From Octopus bimaculoides (lineage: Eukaryota), in assembly GCF_001194135.2 (NCBI RefSeq), contig NC_068991.1:4283830-4347829 (forward strand): a stretch of 64,000 nt of DNA. Reading direction: 5' to 3'. Position 1 is the first letter of the stretch. Each line of letters opens with the position of its first letter. This document shows positions 1 to 13,813 of this stretch, piece after piece. Made by a program: the position numbers and the translations under genes. The notes beneath the pieces were generated by a model, which saw nothing but the letters and a program-made list of their open reading frames with translations, had not been told where the DNA came from and did no database searches.

Positions 1-300
1 CGTGATAAAAGACAAACCAGAATAACTCATATACACGTCTACATTCAACACAAAACAAAGGTTCAGCAAACTTTCACATTCTATATTTTAAAGCAAAGAA
101 TATTGCTTCAGAATTTATTGAGAGTATGCAACAGATAAAGAAGCAACAGGAATATGTTTAAAATTAACAACCATCTTCACTATTCCTTAGGGGGTTTGAA
201 TCTCCCAACGTTATCAGAACTTAAAAAGGTGAAGTATAATATATGGAATGTTTAATAAAGGGGAAACTGAGTTGTGGCCCGAAAGGTCGAAATAGAAGCA
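1..300 (+). mobile_element. Possible decayed 3' end of a Penelope-like element (GIY-YIG C-terminal remnant plus ribozyme-like terminal motif)
   Basis: Broken reading frames (LIYTSTFNTKQRFSKLSHS; KAKNIASEFIESMQQIKK) loosely resemble GIY-YIG endonuclease C-termini. They are followed by CTGAGTTGT-GGCC-CGAAA-GGTC-GAAA at ~266-292, a helix II/GAAA-like motif with a damaged core. Resemblance only. Confidence 0.25.
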
Positions 301-1630
301 CATTGAAAATTTCAGAATGAAATACAAAATATCGTTGTTGAGAATGCTTCTCACTCCACCAGTCTGTCTGTTTCCTGCCTGTATTTCTGCCTGCGTGTAT
401 CCCTATATCTGGCGCTCTTTTTATATATAGGTATCTATGTGGGGGTGTGTATGTGTGTAAGCGAACAGTTCCAGTAAGAAGTAATATATTGGAATGGAAT
501 GGAATTTTCTTACTTGATAGAACAACAGTGAAGACTAGAGAATTAAATTCAAATGACGTAGCACTTGTAGCGCTTACTTATAAATAAACCAGAACACCCA
601 AAGCTTGTAGAAACCCATCATGGCTACCATTGCTGGCATATGAATTTAAATAGTCTAAAACTGCTGCATAAATTTTACATGTGTTAATAACCTAGTGGAT
701 AAGAATGTCATTAGCCTTAGACTGATAACAATATTTGCTTACGAGAATATGATTATATCTATAAATATCGAAGTTCGTCTACTACAATCAGCAAACGTGA
801 TGTTGCTGTGAATATTTATAAATAAATTTTATCACCAAATATAAATTAAATATTTCTCAAACTTTATAATTATATTGCCAGTAACTTATAACAGACATTC
901 CTTCAGAAATGCTGATTTAAAAAAAAATAAATTGAATATATAATTTTTCTGGACGAATGCAGGAAATATATGTTATGAAGAATGCCATATATTCCACACC
1001 CGTTTCATTTCGCTTATATTAATTATCTGAGGAATAATTTTCATAAATGTTGCAAACCTTAATTTTTAAAATCAATTAATTTTTTTTTATTAAAAATGAC
1101 GTTTATAAAGACAATTTTTATTTTAAATTGAATACGTATGATGGTTTAAATTGCACATTTCATATCAGAATAAGACGTGGTAAGATGAGAAAATGCAACA
1201 GAGGAAAGTATATACTCATTCATGCAAATGAAAAATAATTAAGTAAATCATTTTTTCGATATATTTGTAATACAAGACTCTCGGAAGGAGATAGCCATGT
1301 AACAGTTTCCTAAAGACCCGGTTACATATTTGTGTTATCGAAGTGAAGAGCTCATTGTGTTCTTTTAGTAATTTTATAGGACATGCTACCACATTGTTTA
1401 AATAGTGAATTTGTGCATGCATAATATTAAGTATAGGAGTTATAAATTGTTGTGTCAAATGAAGCGAAACGAAGTTGCGCTCATACGGGATTTTTTAGCA
1501 TTCCCGATTTTGAAACAAAATTATATATCAGTGGAAGAGACACAACTGGATCACATTAAACTGGTAAACCATTGGCTAATCTAATCCCATCCTGTACATA
1601 TGGGTCTATGTTGCATCGAAACACTCTTTT

Positions 1631-1667
<37 letters not shown>

Positions 1668-1703
1668 CATATACATACATACCCCCACACACACACACCC
1701 ACA

Positions 1704-1925
1704 GAGTAATCCCTCGACTATCGCGGGTGCTACGTTCCAAAAGCTCACGCAATCAGTGAAAGTCCGCGAAGTAGAAACAATACTTTCCTGTACATTTAAT
1801 TTTACCATTCCTATAATTTACATATATTTATTTTATTATAAATGCAAAACAACACCACGGAGGAATCGATGGAAGCTTAATAATAAACCGCGATACGCGG
1901 AACGCGATATAGTGACGCAGTACTC
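1704..1925. mobile_element. pogo/Tigger-like MITE (Tc1/mariner superfamily, non-autonomous)
   Basis: Left end GAGTAATCCCTCGACTATCGCG and right end CGCGATATAGTGACGCAGTACTC form imperfect terminal inverted repeats of the CAGTA...CCTCG type. A related left end occurs at 30710-30855. Confidence 0.6.
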
Positions 1926-2690
1926 AATAGATATATATGCGTGAGTGTCTCTACGGTTATGTACATTTTTGTTCTTGTGTTTATATGTAGGTTCATGTAA
2001 GTTCATGTAGGTGCGTATGCGGGTTGTATGCATTAGTTCGCATATTTTCTTTTCTTTGGAAGCGCGTGTAGATAAGCGTGAATATTTATTATTTGTGGAA
2101 GATTCTGCATATTTTGAAAATACCGTGATATAGATAGAGGAAAGCGAAACTAATAGATATGGCAAGACAGAAGAGATAAAGAAAAGGCTATAACATGGGG
2201 AGACACACTCACATACACACACACTGTCTGTGTCTCTCTCGCTTTCACTCTCTCTCACACACACACACTTACAGGCTTCCATGTTTTATATTATGTGTGT
2301 TATATATTCGTATGTGTACTTTCTTATCAAAGAAAGAAATGAAAGTATCATAATGGTATGTGTGTGATAAAGAAAGAAGAATTTGCATTAACGGGATTGG
2401 GGTTAGATTAATACGTCAAATACAAATGATTAATGGCAGTATATTAGAATCCTGGATCTTGCTGGCTCCATTTATCAAATATTTCAAAATCCAAAATAGG
2501 AACTCTTTAATACTAGATTCTTGTACGCGAGTAAATAGCAGACCGATGATGCTGGTGATGACGAACATAACGATTATGATGAGGACGAAGGCGGCCGCCA
2601 CGATAGTGCTGACGGCGGCGCTGGTGACGGGAATAATAACAGTGACAAGATAAAAATATTATTAAAAATGATAATGTAAATAATAACGAT

Positions 2691-2820
<130 letters not shown>

Positions 2821-3048
2821 ATGAAAATAATGAAAATGATGAAGTTCTGTAACTTTGAAAACGATAGACTAAAAATGAAAAGAAGTAAAGTTAGCAAAAA
2901 TAACAGAGATGCAATTAATAACAGTAGAAAATAGCGCGGTTTAATGGTTAATACACATGTCATTGGAATACGAATGTTCACATGCACCAAGTCATACAGA
3001 AGAACAGGCATACACTGGTACATACATATGTTTGTGTGTATGTGTGTG

Positions 3049-3089
<41 letters not shown>

Positions 3090-3275
3090 NNNNNNNNNNN
3101 NNNNNNNNNNNNNNNNNNNNNNNNNNNNNNNNNNNNNNNNNNNNNNNNNNNNNNNNNNNNNNNNNNNNNNNNNNNNNNNNNNNNNNNNNNNNNNNNNNNN
3201 NNNNNNNNNNNNNNNNNNNNNNNNNNNNNNNNNNNNNNNNNNNNNNNNTATATATATATACATATATATATATAG

Positions 3276-3323
<48 letters not shown>

Positions 3324-3649
3324 GTTTACACACACACACACACACATATATATATTTATACAAATATATATATATATGCATGTGGGTACACGTACATGTA
3401 TGCGTATGTCTATGTGTACATACACGTATATCTATCTTTGTGTGAGTGGGTTTGCGTTACGTGGGTGTACCGTTATATCGTAATGAAAATAATATCTTAA
3501 GAAATAGTTATTGCGAACACACACACATACACATACACACACATGTAATTAATTCACTGAATCTTTACCTGATTTTCTGTCTCTCCATATCAATTCCTTT
3601 TTCTCTCTTTCTCTGTATTATTGTAAATATGTCTGTGAATCAGTGTGTA

Positions 3650-3699
<50 letters not shown>

Positions 3700-5118
3700 T
3701 GTGTGTGTATGTGTGTGTGTATGTGTGCTTCTGTCTTTGAGTATGTAGTAGTGAAAGAAAGAAAGAAACATATAGGTAACACACACATACGAATGCGTAC
3801 GCCTGAACATATGTACTCGCGCACACACACACATACGCACACATACACACCTCACATATTTGTGCGAACACATGCGTATATGCTGACTCGTATATTCGTA
3901 TATCTGTGGAGAGAAATATAGAAGAGAATGAAATGCTTAAATGCAAACGCAAAGAGAAACACACGCATACACATATATACATATATACACACGCACGCGC
4001 GTGCACACATGTTTGTATGTGTGGATGAATAGACGGATACATGGATGGATGGACATTTTCGGACGTTAGTTTAAGATTAAATACTGTTTAAGTAAAGTTA
4101 TACGAATCAGTAAGTTTAAAAGTGGCGATATTTCAACTTCGAGACATCAGTGTAGAATGAATATTCGCAATGAGCTGTGTCCGTAGCATTAGCGATGCTA
4201 ACAATCATCGCATCGTTGCTATGTTTCTTAGTTTGATATTGAGGTATTGCTGATTAGGATTATCACGAACGTAGATACTGTACGAGGACACATGTTATCA
4301 GACGACCTACAATGTCAAGCGTAATCACCTTCATAATACTGTCTAAGTTATTTTATTTCGTTAGGGCATTGTAAGATGTATCGCTTCATGTTCGTAATTG
4401 AAGGTATTCATGTAATTGAAATCCTTTCTATAAAAAGGCTGATTCTTCAGAATTACCACTGTGCTAATCACCAGCGATATGGTTCACATGATTTTAAGTT
4501 TAATTGTTGACAACCTCTGAAGTTATGCCTTATCAATGGGCAACAATGAATGCACATGCTCGACCAAACATTCGACTGCTTGAATCCTTCGCCAGTCGTT
4601 CCCTACGAAAATATTCACGGGCGAAATTTCTTCGTATAAACAACCTGTCTCAAAACACATTGAAGTATAAATTACGTCATCAAGTTTGATAGCATTGTAA
4701 ATTCATATATATTTTATTTATCTCTACTTCGTGCGCCTCTATTAATAGGCGTGTGTGGGTATATATCTGTGCATACTCACTCGGGTGTGTGTGTTTGTGT
4801 GATGCATATATATATTGCAAACTTGGAGTTACAGAGTTCCAAAATCGCACCTGTTTCAAGACGGGCCGTCAGGTTCACGTAGCGTATGACAGCTTCATTT
4901 ACTACGGCACAGCAACTCGATCGGTCTGCCAGGATATTTTAATACCCACAGACTCATTGCCTTCGCGAAAACATATTTCTCAATGCAACATTTCTGCCTC
5001 GGTAAGATTTGGCACCTTGAAACGATGTTGAATGAGCCATGATATGGCTTGGTGATTATCACACCAACGTGATTCCCAGGTCAGCTTTATCTCATTAAAC
5101 ACCGATAGACCGATGAAA

Positions 5119-5170
5119 ACTCTTACTTGTTTCATTCACTGGACTGTGGTCACGCTGGAGCGTCGCCCTT
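5119..5170 (-). mobile_element. SINE-B 3' end fragment
   Basis: CTCTTACTTGTTTCATTCACTGGACTGTGGTCACGCTGGAGCGTCGCC matches the ends of the 15960 and 56140 copies (GCTATGCTGGAGCACCG / GGCCACGCTGGAGCGGCG). Confidence 0.6.
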
Positions 5171-5668
5171 GGTGTGTTTCAGTGTTCAGTAGTTTCGGCT
5201 ACAGCAGAAGAAAATTGTGAAAAGACCAAATCCTGAATCCACGTGATTGCAAAGTGATTTCAGTCACGTGGCCATTGTAGCCACCTGGTTTATCATTAAC
5301 CCTTGATTCACAGCAAACGTTCATTTCCCGTAAAGTAAGACTTATTCAGGAACTTCTAAAGTCAAAACAGCTCCGGTGTATTCCTCACTGATATTCAACG
5401 TCCAGTTTTCGAATTCAGATCAACTTGCATTACTGAAAAGATATGGTTTCGATTTTCAAATATTACATTCCGATATCTTGATGCATTGAATCATTCACGA
5501 TCCCTGCGCGAGAGCAATCTCTCATTTTATGTCAACAAAACACTGAAGATTGATCACTATAGATACAGACGGACTAATACAACTGCCATGTTGGTGTTTT
5601 GACTTAACTGCTAACAACAAATATTTAAATTTCGCATAATCTCTCTCTACTTTACTCTTCCCCACTTT

Positions 5669-5669
<1 letters not shown>

Positions 5670-5706
<37 letters not shown>

Positions 5707-5707
5707 G

Positions 5708-5743
<36 letters not shown>

Positions 5744-5745
5744 CC
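5670..5745. repeat. (TCTA)n tetranucleotide microsatellite
   Basis: Directly visible array. Confidence 0.95.
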
Positions 5746-5869
5746 TGTCTGTCTGTTTGTCTGTATGTCTGTCTACTTTTCTGAATATGTCCTGCAGTTT
5801 GTAAATTACATTATTTTCCTGTTCGTTTATTGTGTGTTTAACACAGATACGAGCGCACGCACACACATA

Positions 5870-5905
<36 letters not shown>

Positions 5906-6172
5906 ATGTATTTGTATATNNNNNNNNNNNNNNNNNNNNNNNNNNNNNNNNNNNNNNNNNNNNNNNNNNNNNNNNNNNNNNNNNNNNNNNNNNNNNNNNN
6001 NNNNNNNNNNNNNNNNNNNNNNNNNNNNNNNNNNNNNNNNNNNNNNNNNNNNNNNNNNNNNNNNNNNNNNNNNNNNNNNNNNNNNNNNNNNNNNNNNNNN
6101 NNNNNNNNNNNNNNNNNNNNNNNNNNNNNNNNNNNNNNNNNNNNNNNNNNNNNNNNNNNNNNNNNNNNNNNN

Positions 6173-6206
<34 letters not shown>

Positions 6207-6565
6207 TATACATACATACAGACACAAACACATATATATACACACATACACACACGCGCATATAATACGTACGCATATGCGTGTCTGTGTGTTTGTGTGT
6301 ATGTCTGCCTGTGTGTGTTGTAACGTATTATCGATCTTCTTGTCTTCTAATTGATTAGTCAAACCTATAACAGGGCGTAGACGTTGGATTTCCATTTCGT
6401 TCAAGTGATATTTAATGATATTTATATATGATATTGAGTGACGGCGGTAAATACTATGGCGAGCAGTCCTCATCGCTCGGCTGACATGGGCGACGTGAGG
6501 GACTCCATCATATTTATATATGTTGTTGTTGTTGTTTAAAGGACTATTAATATTATTGGTAGTAA

Positions 6566-6617
<52 letters not shown>

Positions 6618-6780
6618 TGTTATTTTCGTTGTCGTTTTTGTTGTTGCTCTTGTTGCGATTGTGGTATTTAGTGTATTAGCCGCAGCTGTAGATATATAGC
6701 AATGACAGCAGTTTTGTAAAGTGGTTGTTTGGGTTTACAGTTAATGATTGTGATCAGTTCGACAATCATCAGGACAAGGA

Positions 6781-6820
6781 TGTGGATGATGATGATGATG
6801 ACGACGACGACGATGATGAC

Positions 6821-6852
<32 letters not shown>

Positions 6853-6895
6853 CGATGATGATGATGAAAATGATGATGATGATGATGATGATGAC

Positions 6896-6947
<52 letters not shown>

Positions 6948-6960
6948 GTGATGATGATGG

Positions 6961-7021
<61 letters not shown>

Positions 7022-7029
7022 GAAGATAG

Positions 7030-7078
<49 letters not shown>

Positions 7079-7118
7079 GAAGATGGTGGTGATGATGATG
7101 ATGATGATGATGACGATG
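6781..7118. repeat. Long degenerate (GAT)n microsatellite
   Basis: ~110 GAT/GAC/GGT/GAA triplets without a frameshift; produces the poly-D, poly-M and poly-S ORFs. Confidence 0.9.
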
Positions 7119-7715
7119 CCAGCGACAATCTTTATCATCATAATAACGATCATCGGTTCGGTGTTTTGGAATTTAAAGCTAATGACGTTGTTAACAATGA
7201 TCAAATATTCGGAAGCTTGCTGTAGCAGTTGCCATGTTCATTAAAAGATTCCGATGGTGGCATTTTAATTAATTTTTTTTTCTTTATTGACGTGACTGCA
7301 GTATTAGTACTAGTCGTATCTGTAATAGGAGCGACAGTGGTCTCTTTCTGGTGATTATCAACTTGTTAATGATGTACTTAGCAGATGAATATAAGCATCT
7401 CCACTGAGCTACGATGTACCGCCATGACAGTATCAATGGTCGTATGTTATTATCAGTGATAACAATTGCTGTAGAGCTGTTAGTAATATATTTAATAGTG
7501 TGTTGCAACATGCCAGTGAAGGTAGAAGGCCTGATCAGTCGTTCAAAACAATTCTTGTTTAAGAACAATTGCTAGTTCCTGTAGTCGTCGTATCACCGCT
7601 GAATTAGCACCATATCTGCAACACCATATGTGGCAATCGCGTTGGCTTAGTTTATTTGTGTTAAAAGCGGTCCCATTGAGAATATAATGAGTGTTTAGAT
7701 GTCATCCGAATCTGT

Positions 7716-7943
7716 GACGAGCTGGCAGAAACATTAGCAGGCCGGGTGAAATGCTTAGCAGTATTTCGTCTGCCGCTACGTTCTGAGTTCAAATTCCACC
7801 GAGTTTGACTTTGCCTTTCATCCTTACGGGGTCGAGAAATTAAGTACCAGTTACGCACTTGAGTCAATGTAATCGACTTAATCCCTTTGTCTGTCCTTGT
7901 TTGTCCCCTCTACGATTAGTCCCTTGTGGGCAATAAAGAAATA
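7716..7943 (+). mobile_element. SINE-A (tRNA-derived SINE), full-length, with 13-bp target-site duplication
   Basis: Head GAGCTGGCAGAAACATTAGCA...GTTCTGAGTTCAAATTCC (B-box-like), body GTCGAGAAATTAAGTACCAG, tail TTGTGGGCAATAAAGAAATA. GAATCTGTGACGA is duplicated at 7708-7720 and 7945-7957. Confidence 0.92.
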
Positions 7944-8096
7944 TGAATCTGTGACGAAGTCTTCATTGAGGTAATATTTCTCTTCAATCTCTCCGCCTCT
8001 GGGAAATAACAGCTACATTACATGAAAGGACAAATTAGAAAATATAATCAGAGTGGTATGAGAAAGAACGGTGTGAGCAAGGTTACTATTGCTTTT

Positions 8097-8410
8097 AATT
8101 AGAGTACGCGTACGCTGGGTCACTCCTTCAAGAATTTTTAGTCGTAGGAATTGATCCCAGAGCATATTTTTTTAAAAGCCTAGTACATATTCAATCTTCA
8201 AAGTTACAGGAACGTAAACATACTGACACCATTTGTCAAGCGGTGATCGAGCACAGACACATATATATATATATATTAGTTTCCGTCAACCAATCAACTC
8301 TCAAGGCTTTGGTCGCCAAAGACACTTGCCCGAGGTCCCACGCAAGGGGCACTAATCACTAAACCATGAAATTGACAAGCAAATTCCTTACCACACAACC
8401 ACGCCTATGG
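8097..8410 (-). mobile_element. SINE-B (tRNA-derived SINE with internal microsatellite), decayed
   Basis: Minus strand reads GGCGTGGTTGTGTGGTAAGG...GGGACCTCGGGCAAGTGTC...GACCAAAGCCTTGAGAGT...GACGGAAAC, then a (TA)n/(TG) linker and the 3' module. Homologous to 15960-16250 and 48860-49010. Confidence 0.75.
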
Positions 8411-8635
8411 CCCACGTATGCTGCCTTCTTTTAGGAGTGTAGTGTTTTCTTAAAGGTACGTGGTTGCTAGTATTTCAAGAACATTAAGAATAAATTGTAG
8501 CATTGAGGATGTGATATCGGAGAGTTCTGTCGATTTTTTTGGCTGCCGTCGATTGAATAATAGTTCCTTTAACAATCCTGGAAGGATGATAAACTAAGGC
8601 ACTACACAAGACATAATTCAGCCAACATTTCGCAT

Positions 8636-8949
8636 TTTTGCTGTTTGTTCCTTCTCTGGCCATTCGTGGCTCATAAGGGCCGTTTTCCTGGTTTCATTGA
8701 CGTATAGGTTCCCTGGTTGGACGGGATGGAGCACCGGTCCGTCGCCGGTGAGCTGCTAGATTCAGGAGGAAGGAGTGAGTGAAAGTTGTCACGAAAGTGT
8801 CAGCAGACTTTCGTCATTACTTTCTGCCGGAGCCGCGTGGAGCTTAGATGTTTCGCTCATAAACAAACACGTCGGTCGATCTTAGATTCGAACCCGCCAT
8901 CTCTCGACCGCGAGCGTCCTGCTCTAACCACTAGGCCTCGGGCCTCCAC
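8636..8949 (-). mobile_element. SINE-D (tRNA-head SINE), full-length, with degenerate TSD
   Basis: Minus strand has A-box GGCCTAGTGGTTAGAGCAG and B-box GGTTCGAATC, and is homologous to 16528-16774. Flanks CAGCCAACATTTCGCATT (8619-8636) and CATCCAACATTGGGCATT (8950-8967) match at 15/18. Confidence 0.88.
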
Positions 8950-9439
8950 CATCCAACATTGGGCATTGTTAAATTAGTCATTAGACATTAGTCAATTGTT
9001 CGCTATTCGTTTTCTTGTGCCGTGTTGCAGAATCATACGAGCCTCAGTCACAATTTTTTAACAGACCAAAATATCGTTGATGTCATCTGACATCGACGCC
9101 GTTCTCATTGTTTTTTGCTGACTAACATTGCTTCCTGCACTTTCCTATTTACGTTAAACAGTGTGGAGGACAACATTACGATTCATTAGCGCAAGATTGA
9201 TACAATAAAGTACCAGCAAATACCGGATGGATGTAATCGCATTGACGTCCCCAGATCTGTGACAAATGCTTGCCTTGCCTGTAAATTAGTAACAAATATG
9301 GTTATTAATAATTCTAACATAACTAATAATATTGGTAATATTTCTAAATCTTTTGTTGGTGTACCTAAGTTTTGTGCACTATAAATATATATATAATTTG
9401 GGATAAAAGGTAAAGTCAGATATCCTAGATGATCAATTA

Positions 9440-9793
9440 CGAAGCGAACACATACACACACACACAAATGTGGTTTATATATACGTATATATATGTGTGT
9501 GTACGTATACTTATGTATATGTATGTGTATACATGTATATATATATATATATATACATACACATGTATATATATACATATATACGCATATATATATACAT
9601 ATATATGTATATATGTACATATATATATATGCATATATATATATATATACATATATATGTATATGGATATATGTATATATATATATATACATATATACAT
9701 ATACACATATACATATATATATATATACATATACATATACATGTATGTGTATATATATAGATATATACATATACATATACATATACATGTATA

Positions 9794-9828
<35 letters not shown>

Positions 9829-9832
9829 GAAG
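9440..9832. repeat. Complex (TA)/(CA)/(TATG) microsatellite
   Basis: Directly visible low-complexity array; source of the IYIY-type ORFs. Confidence 0.95.
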
Positions 9833-10752
9833 TGAGATATAGAGCAACACACGCCTAAGACGAGATATGTTCATATATGCATACATGCATAAGAACTAAC
9901 TTCTTCAATGACGAAATCTAATAAACAAAAAAACACATAAATATATATGTGTTTAAGTCTGAATGTGTGTGTGTAAGTGTGTATGTGTGTGTGTATACAA
10001 CCACATTCACTTTCTTCTACATACAAACAAACATAATTACACATAGCATATATTTGGTTGAATGCTTTACATACGTATGTGTGCACGTGAGTATATGCAG
10101 GTGTATTTGGCGAGTCTAGAAAGCGGCAGGCCTGTAGTGTCCGCGAAGAAGAAATGTTGATGCACATGCGTGCTTAGAGACAATCTATTTACCTATAACC
10201 TATTAGATCGCCAAATATGATACGACTGGTTTCACAATGCTGAATACTCAAAATAATTAGGTTATCTTTAAAGAAAATTCCTGGATTGAACTGGGGGCAA
10301 GCAATTTCTTCCTTTCCAATTCAATTTTACGAAGAAAAATAACTTTTTCTATGTTTGCTAAAATTTACTATCGTTATTGTTTTCGTATACAGAAACTGTG
10401 GTACATAGTAGAAATTATGTGATTCCTTTAGACATAGCCTTTGGTCCAATAACCGTGCAAACTTGCTTCTATTTTTATATATAGATATGAACATATATAT
10501 ATATATATATATATATANNNNNNNNNNNNNNNNNNNNNNNNNNNNNNNNNNNNNNNNNNNNNNNNNNNNNNNNNNNNNNNNNNNNNNNNNNNNNNNNNNN
10601 NNNNNNNNNNNNNNNNNNNNNNNNNNNNNNNNNNNNNNNNNNNNNNNNNNNNNNNNNNNNNNNNNNNNNNNNNNNNNNNNNNNNNNATATATAAATATAC
10701 ACATATATGCACACACAAGCACACACATATATTTATATGTTTGTTGTTATAC

Positions 10753-10820
<68 letters not shown>
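10753..10820. repeat. (ATT)n microsatellite
   Basis: Directly visible array. Confidence 0.95.
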
Positions 10821-10826
<6 letters not shown>

Positions 10827-12172
10827 ATAGCTGTCTGCGATTTCCTACATACATTCACACATACAGATATATATAAACGTTTATATATATTTATGCATGA
10901 ATAATAATATAATTAAATAAGCACACACACTTATCCATACATATATGTGTTTGGCAGAGTGTGTTTCTGTCTGTGTGTGTGTGTGATCGTGTGTGTGTGT
11001 GTGATCGTGTGTGTGCGTGTCTTTGTGTACATATGTTTTTGTTTTTTTTTTTGTTTTTATGTCCTGTTATATAGAAAATAAATTTTTAAATGCACCGAAA
11101 TGTATTAATTTTATTCGAGTATATACTACTAAAATTTATAAAGACATTTTTAATAGTGACTTCGAAATTACAGCCTGCTTTCTCAAGATATTCTGGTGAG
11201 GGGGCCGAGCTGAAAAATCGAAGGTTCTGTTACACTAATTATTTTAAAAGTCAATATATATGAGAGTATATAGACATGTAACATCGCAGGCATGCACACA
11301 CACGCGTGCCCATACACTCAGACACACACACACACACACACATACACGTATAATTACTTACACACTCAAATACATTTGTATACGAAAAATATCTCTAAAT
11401 GTTCTTGATGTCACATCAAATGAGGAACCAATTTTTGAGTGCAGGCTGCAAAATTTAATTGAAACAAATTATATTTGAAATTTTCAGATCATTTCGATCG
11501 CCAGTTCACTAATATCCTTTAGAGAAGAAATATTCAATTATGATGTGTGTGTGGTCATGTGCGTGTGTGTGGTCATGTGCGTGTGAGCGCGTGTGTGTAT
11601 ATAGACATACATATATACACTGTTTCATATATATATATATATATAATATATATATATGTATATATATATATAATATATATATATGTATATATATATATAN
11701 NNNNNNNNNNNNNNNNNNNNNNNNNNNNNNNNNNNNNNNNNNNNNNNNNNNNNNNNNNNNNNNNNNNNNNNNNNNNNNNNNNNNNNNNNNNNNNNNNNNN
11801 NNNNNNNNNNNNNNNNNNNNNNNNNNNNNNNNNNNNNNNNNNNNNNNNNNNNNNNNNNNNNNNNNNNNNNNNNNNNNNNNNNNNNNNNNNNNNNNNNNNN
11901 NNNNNNNNNNNNNNNNNNNNNNNNNNNNNNNNNNNNNNNNNNNNNNNNNNNNNNNNNNNNNNNNNNNNNNNNNNNNNNNNNNNNNNNNNNNNNNNNNNNN
12001 NNNNNNNNNNNNNNNNNNNNNNNNNNNNNNNNNNNNNNNNNNNNNNNNNNNNNNNNNNNNNNNNNNNNNNNNNNNNNNNNNNNNNNNNNNNNNNNNNNNN
12101 NNNNNNNNNATATATGTATATGCATATATATCATCATTTTTCCCTATAGACAAATAGGTGTGATTACACAGA

Positions 12173-12215
<43 letters not shown>

Positions 12216-12319
12216 GAAGGTTGAAAAGGAACACAAGAGTTGATATATATGGGAAAATATCTCAAGGTAGAAAATGCTAAAATAATTTTTAAAAAACATT
12301 GTAGTACCGGTTTCAATCA

Positions 12320-12527
12320 TTGACATTTTTTAAACTGTAAGTAGGGAAAACAATTAAATTTTGGAAAATTAAAAGTACCCACATGAATAAACAAGAGACG
12401 CAGAGACAGGCAGAAACAAGGAAAATGCCCCTGTATTTGAATAGTATGCAAATATTCTTTTAAAAATCTTTTCATTAAATTTTTCCAAAATTTAATTGCT
12501 TTCGATATTTACAGTGGAAAAAGTCAA
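12320..12527. repeat. Imperfect ~50-bp inverted repeat pair (MITE-like)
   Basis: TTGACATTTTTTAAACTGTAAGTAGGGAAAACAATTAAATTTTGGAAAATT (12320-12370) is the approximate reverse complement of AATTTTTCCAAAATTTAATTGCTTTCGATATTTACAGTGGAAAAAGTCAA (12478-12527). Confidence 0.6.
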
Positions 12528-13781
12528 AGACAGAATATTAGATTATATGTAATCGCTTACAGTGCAAAGAGAAGAAGGTCACTATTGATGTTTATCTTCT
12601 CTTTTTTTTTTAATGCAAAATTTCCCATGTAACAAACAGTAATATTTTTTTATGAGAAAAAATCGTCCTGAAATTTGGCATTTTTCAAAGAATGCATTGT
12701 AACTGCCGATGGGGGATGAAGGACAGGTGAATGAGGGTTGATAGTTGTGGGTCTTTTAAAAATCCACTTTCATTTACAAGCAATAGAAATCTTATTTATA
12801 TTGATTTTAAGAGCATGTAACTGAACATAAAATCACATGAAAATGACATTTTCATAATAGTTTTATTTGTACAAAAAAGAAAAAATGAAACTCTACCATT
12901 AAAAGCTTCCACGTGGCAGACATAATTAACTGAATAATCATTTATTGTTTCATTGGTACATAAATAAAATAATATAAAAGGTCCAAAATAGAGTTCATAT
13001 TTATGGTCGTCATGTCTGGTTTGGAATATGTTCTGAAAAGAGTTGAAATTTCAATTGTTATTCGAGATTCAGCATGTCGTAATATTTTGTAAATTCAACA
13101 ATGGAAGTCTCTGACAGACATCATTGTTGGGTTGTTATCAGAGCATCAGTTGACCGTTATTCCGTCTGACTTACTGGTGTATAGCTACGGATTTGTTTTT
13201 TTTAGTTTTATTTAAGTTCTCGAGAGAGTTCAAACCATGTGCTAACAAAGCGACAACACTTTGGTGTATGCAAATATGTGGTTGAGTTGATGAGTTATTT
13301 GAGCAGCCTAATGTACCTTTGATGACAAGAACGAATAAGAATTTATAGTTACGGCACAGAAGCTGTAATTCCACATTAATTAACCATAAATGTACATTTT
13401 CCTGAAACTTTATGTATATATGTATGGTTATATGTATGTACGTATGTATGCATACACGCATATGTGTATTTATGTATGCATGTATGTACGCATGTATGTC
13501 ATTATTCAGTTAATTTCAAGATCTCTTACCAATATATGTATATTGTTTTCAAGGAAATGAAAATAAAATTTCAAAATTTATACTGGCCAGCCCGCACGTC
13601 ACGCATGTCAGTTGTCAGGTACGTATGTGTAGATGTGTGTGTGTACTTAATAACGTAGCGCATATAGTATGTCTGTATTTTTGTATGAAGTGTAAATTAA
13701 TCCACCCAAATTAAATGTTGACAAAAATTTGATTTGATTGAGCCGTTTGAGAATGCATTGGGAACAGAAATACAAAGGATT

Positions 13782-13813
<32 letters not shown>

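Noticed and set aside
4833-5001. Possible exon (EFQNRTCFKTG...CNISAS) ending at TCG|GTAAGA
   Set aside because: Weak acceptor and unrecognisable peptide; not supportable without RNA data.
6455-6495. GC-rich hairpin GTCCTCATCGCTC...GGGCGACGTGAGGGAC
   Set aside because: Short and bulged; no match to a known RNA family that I can recognise.
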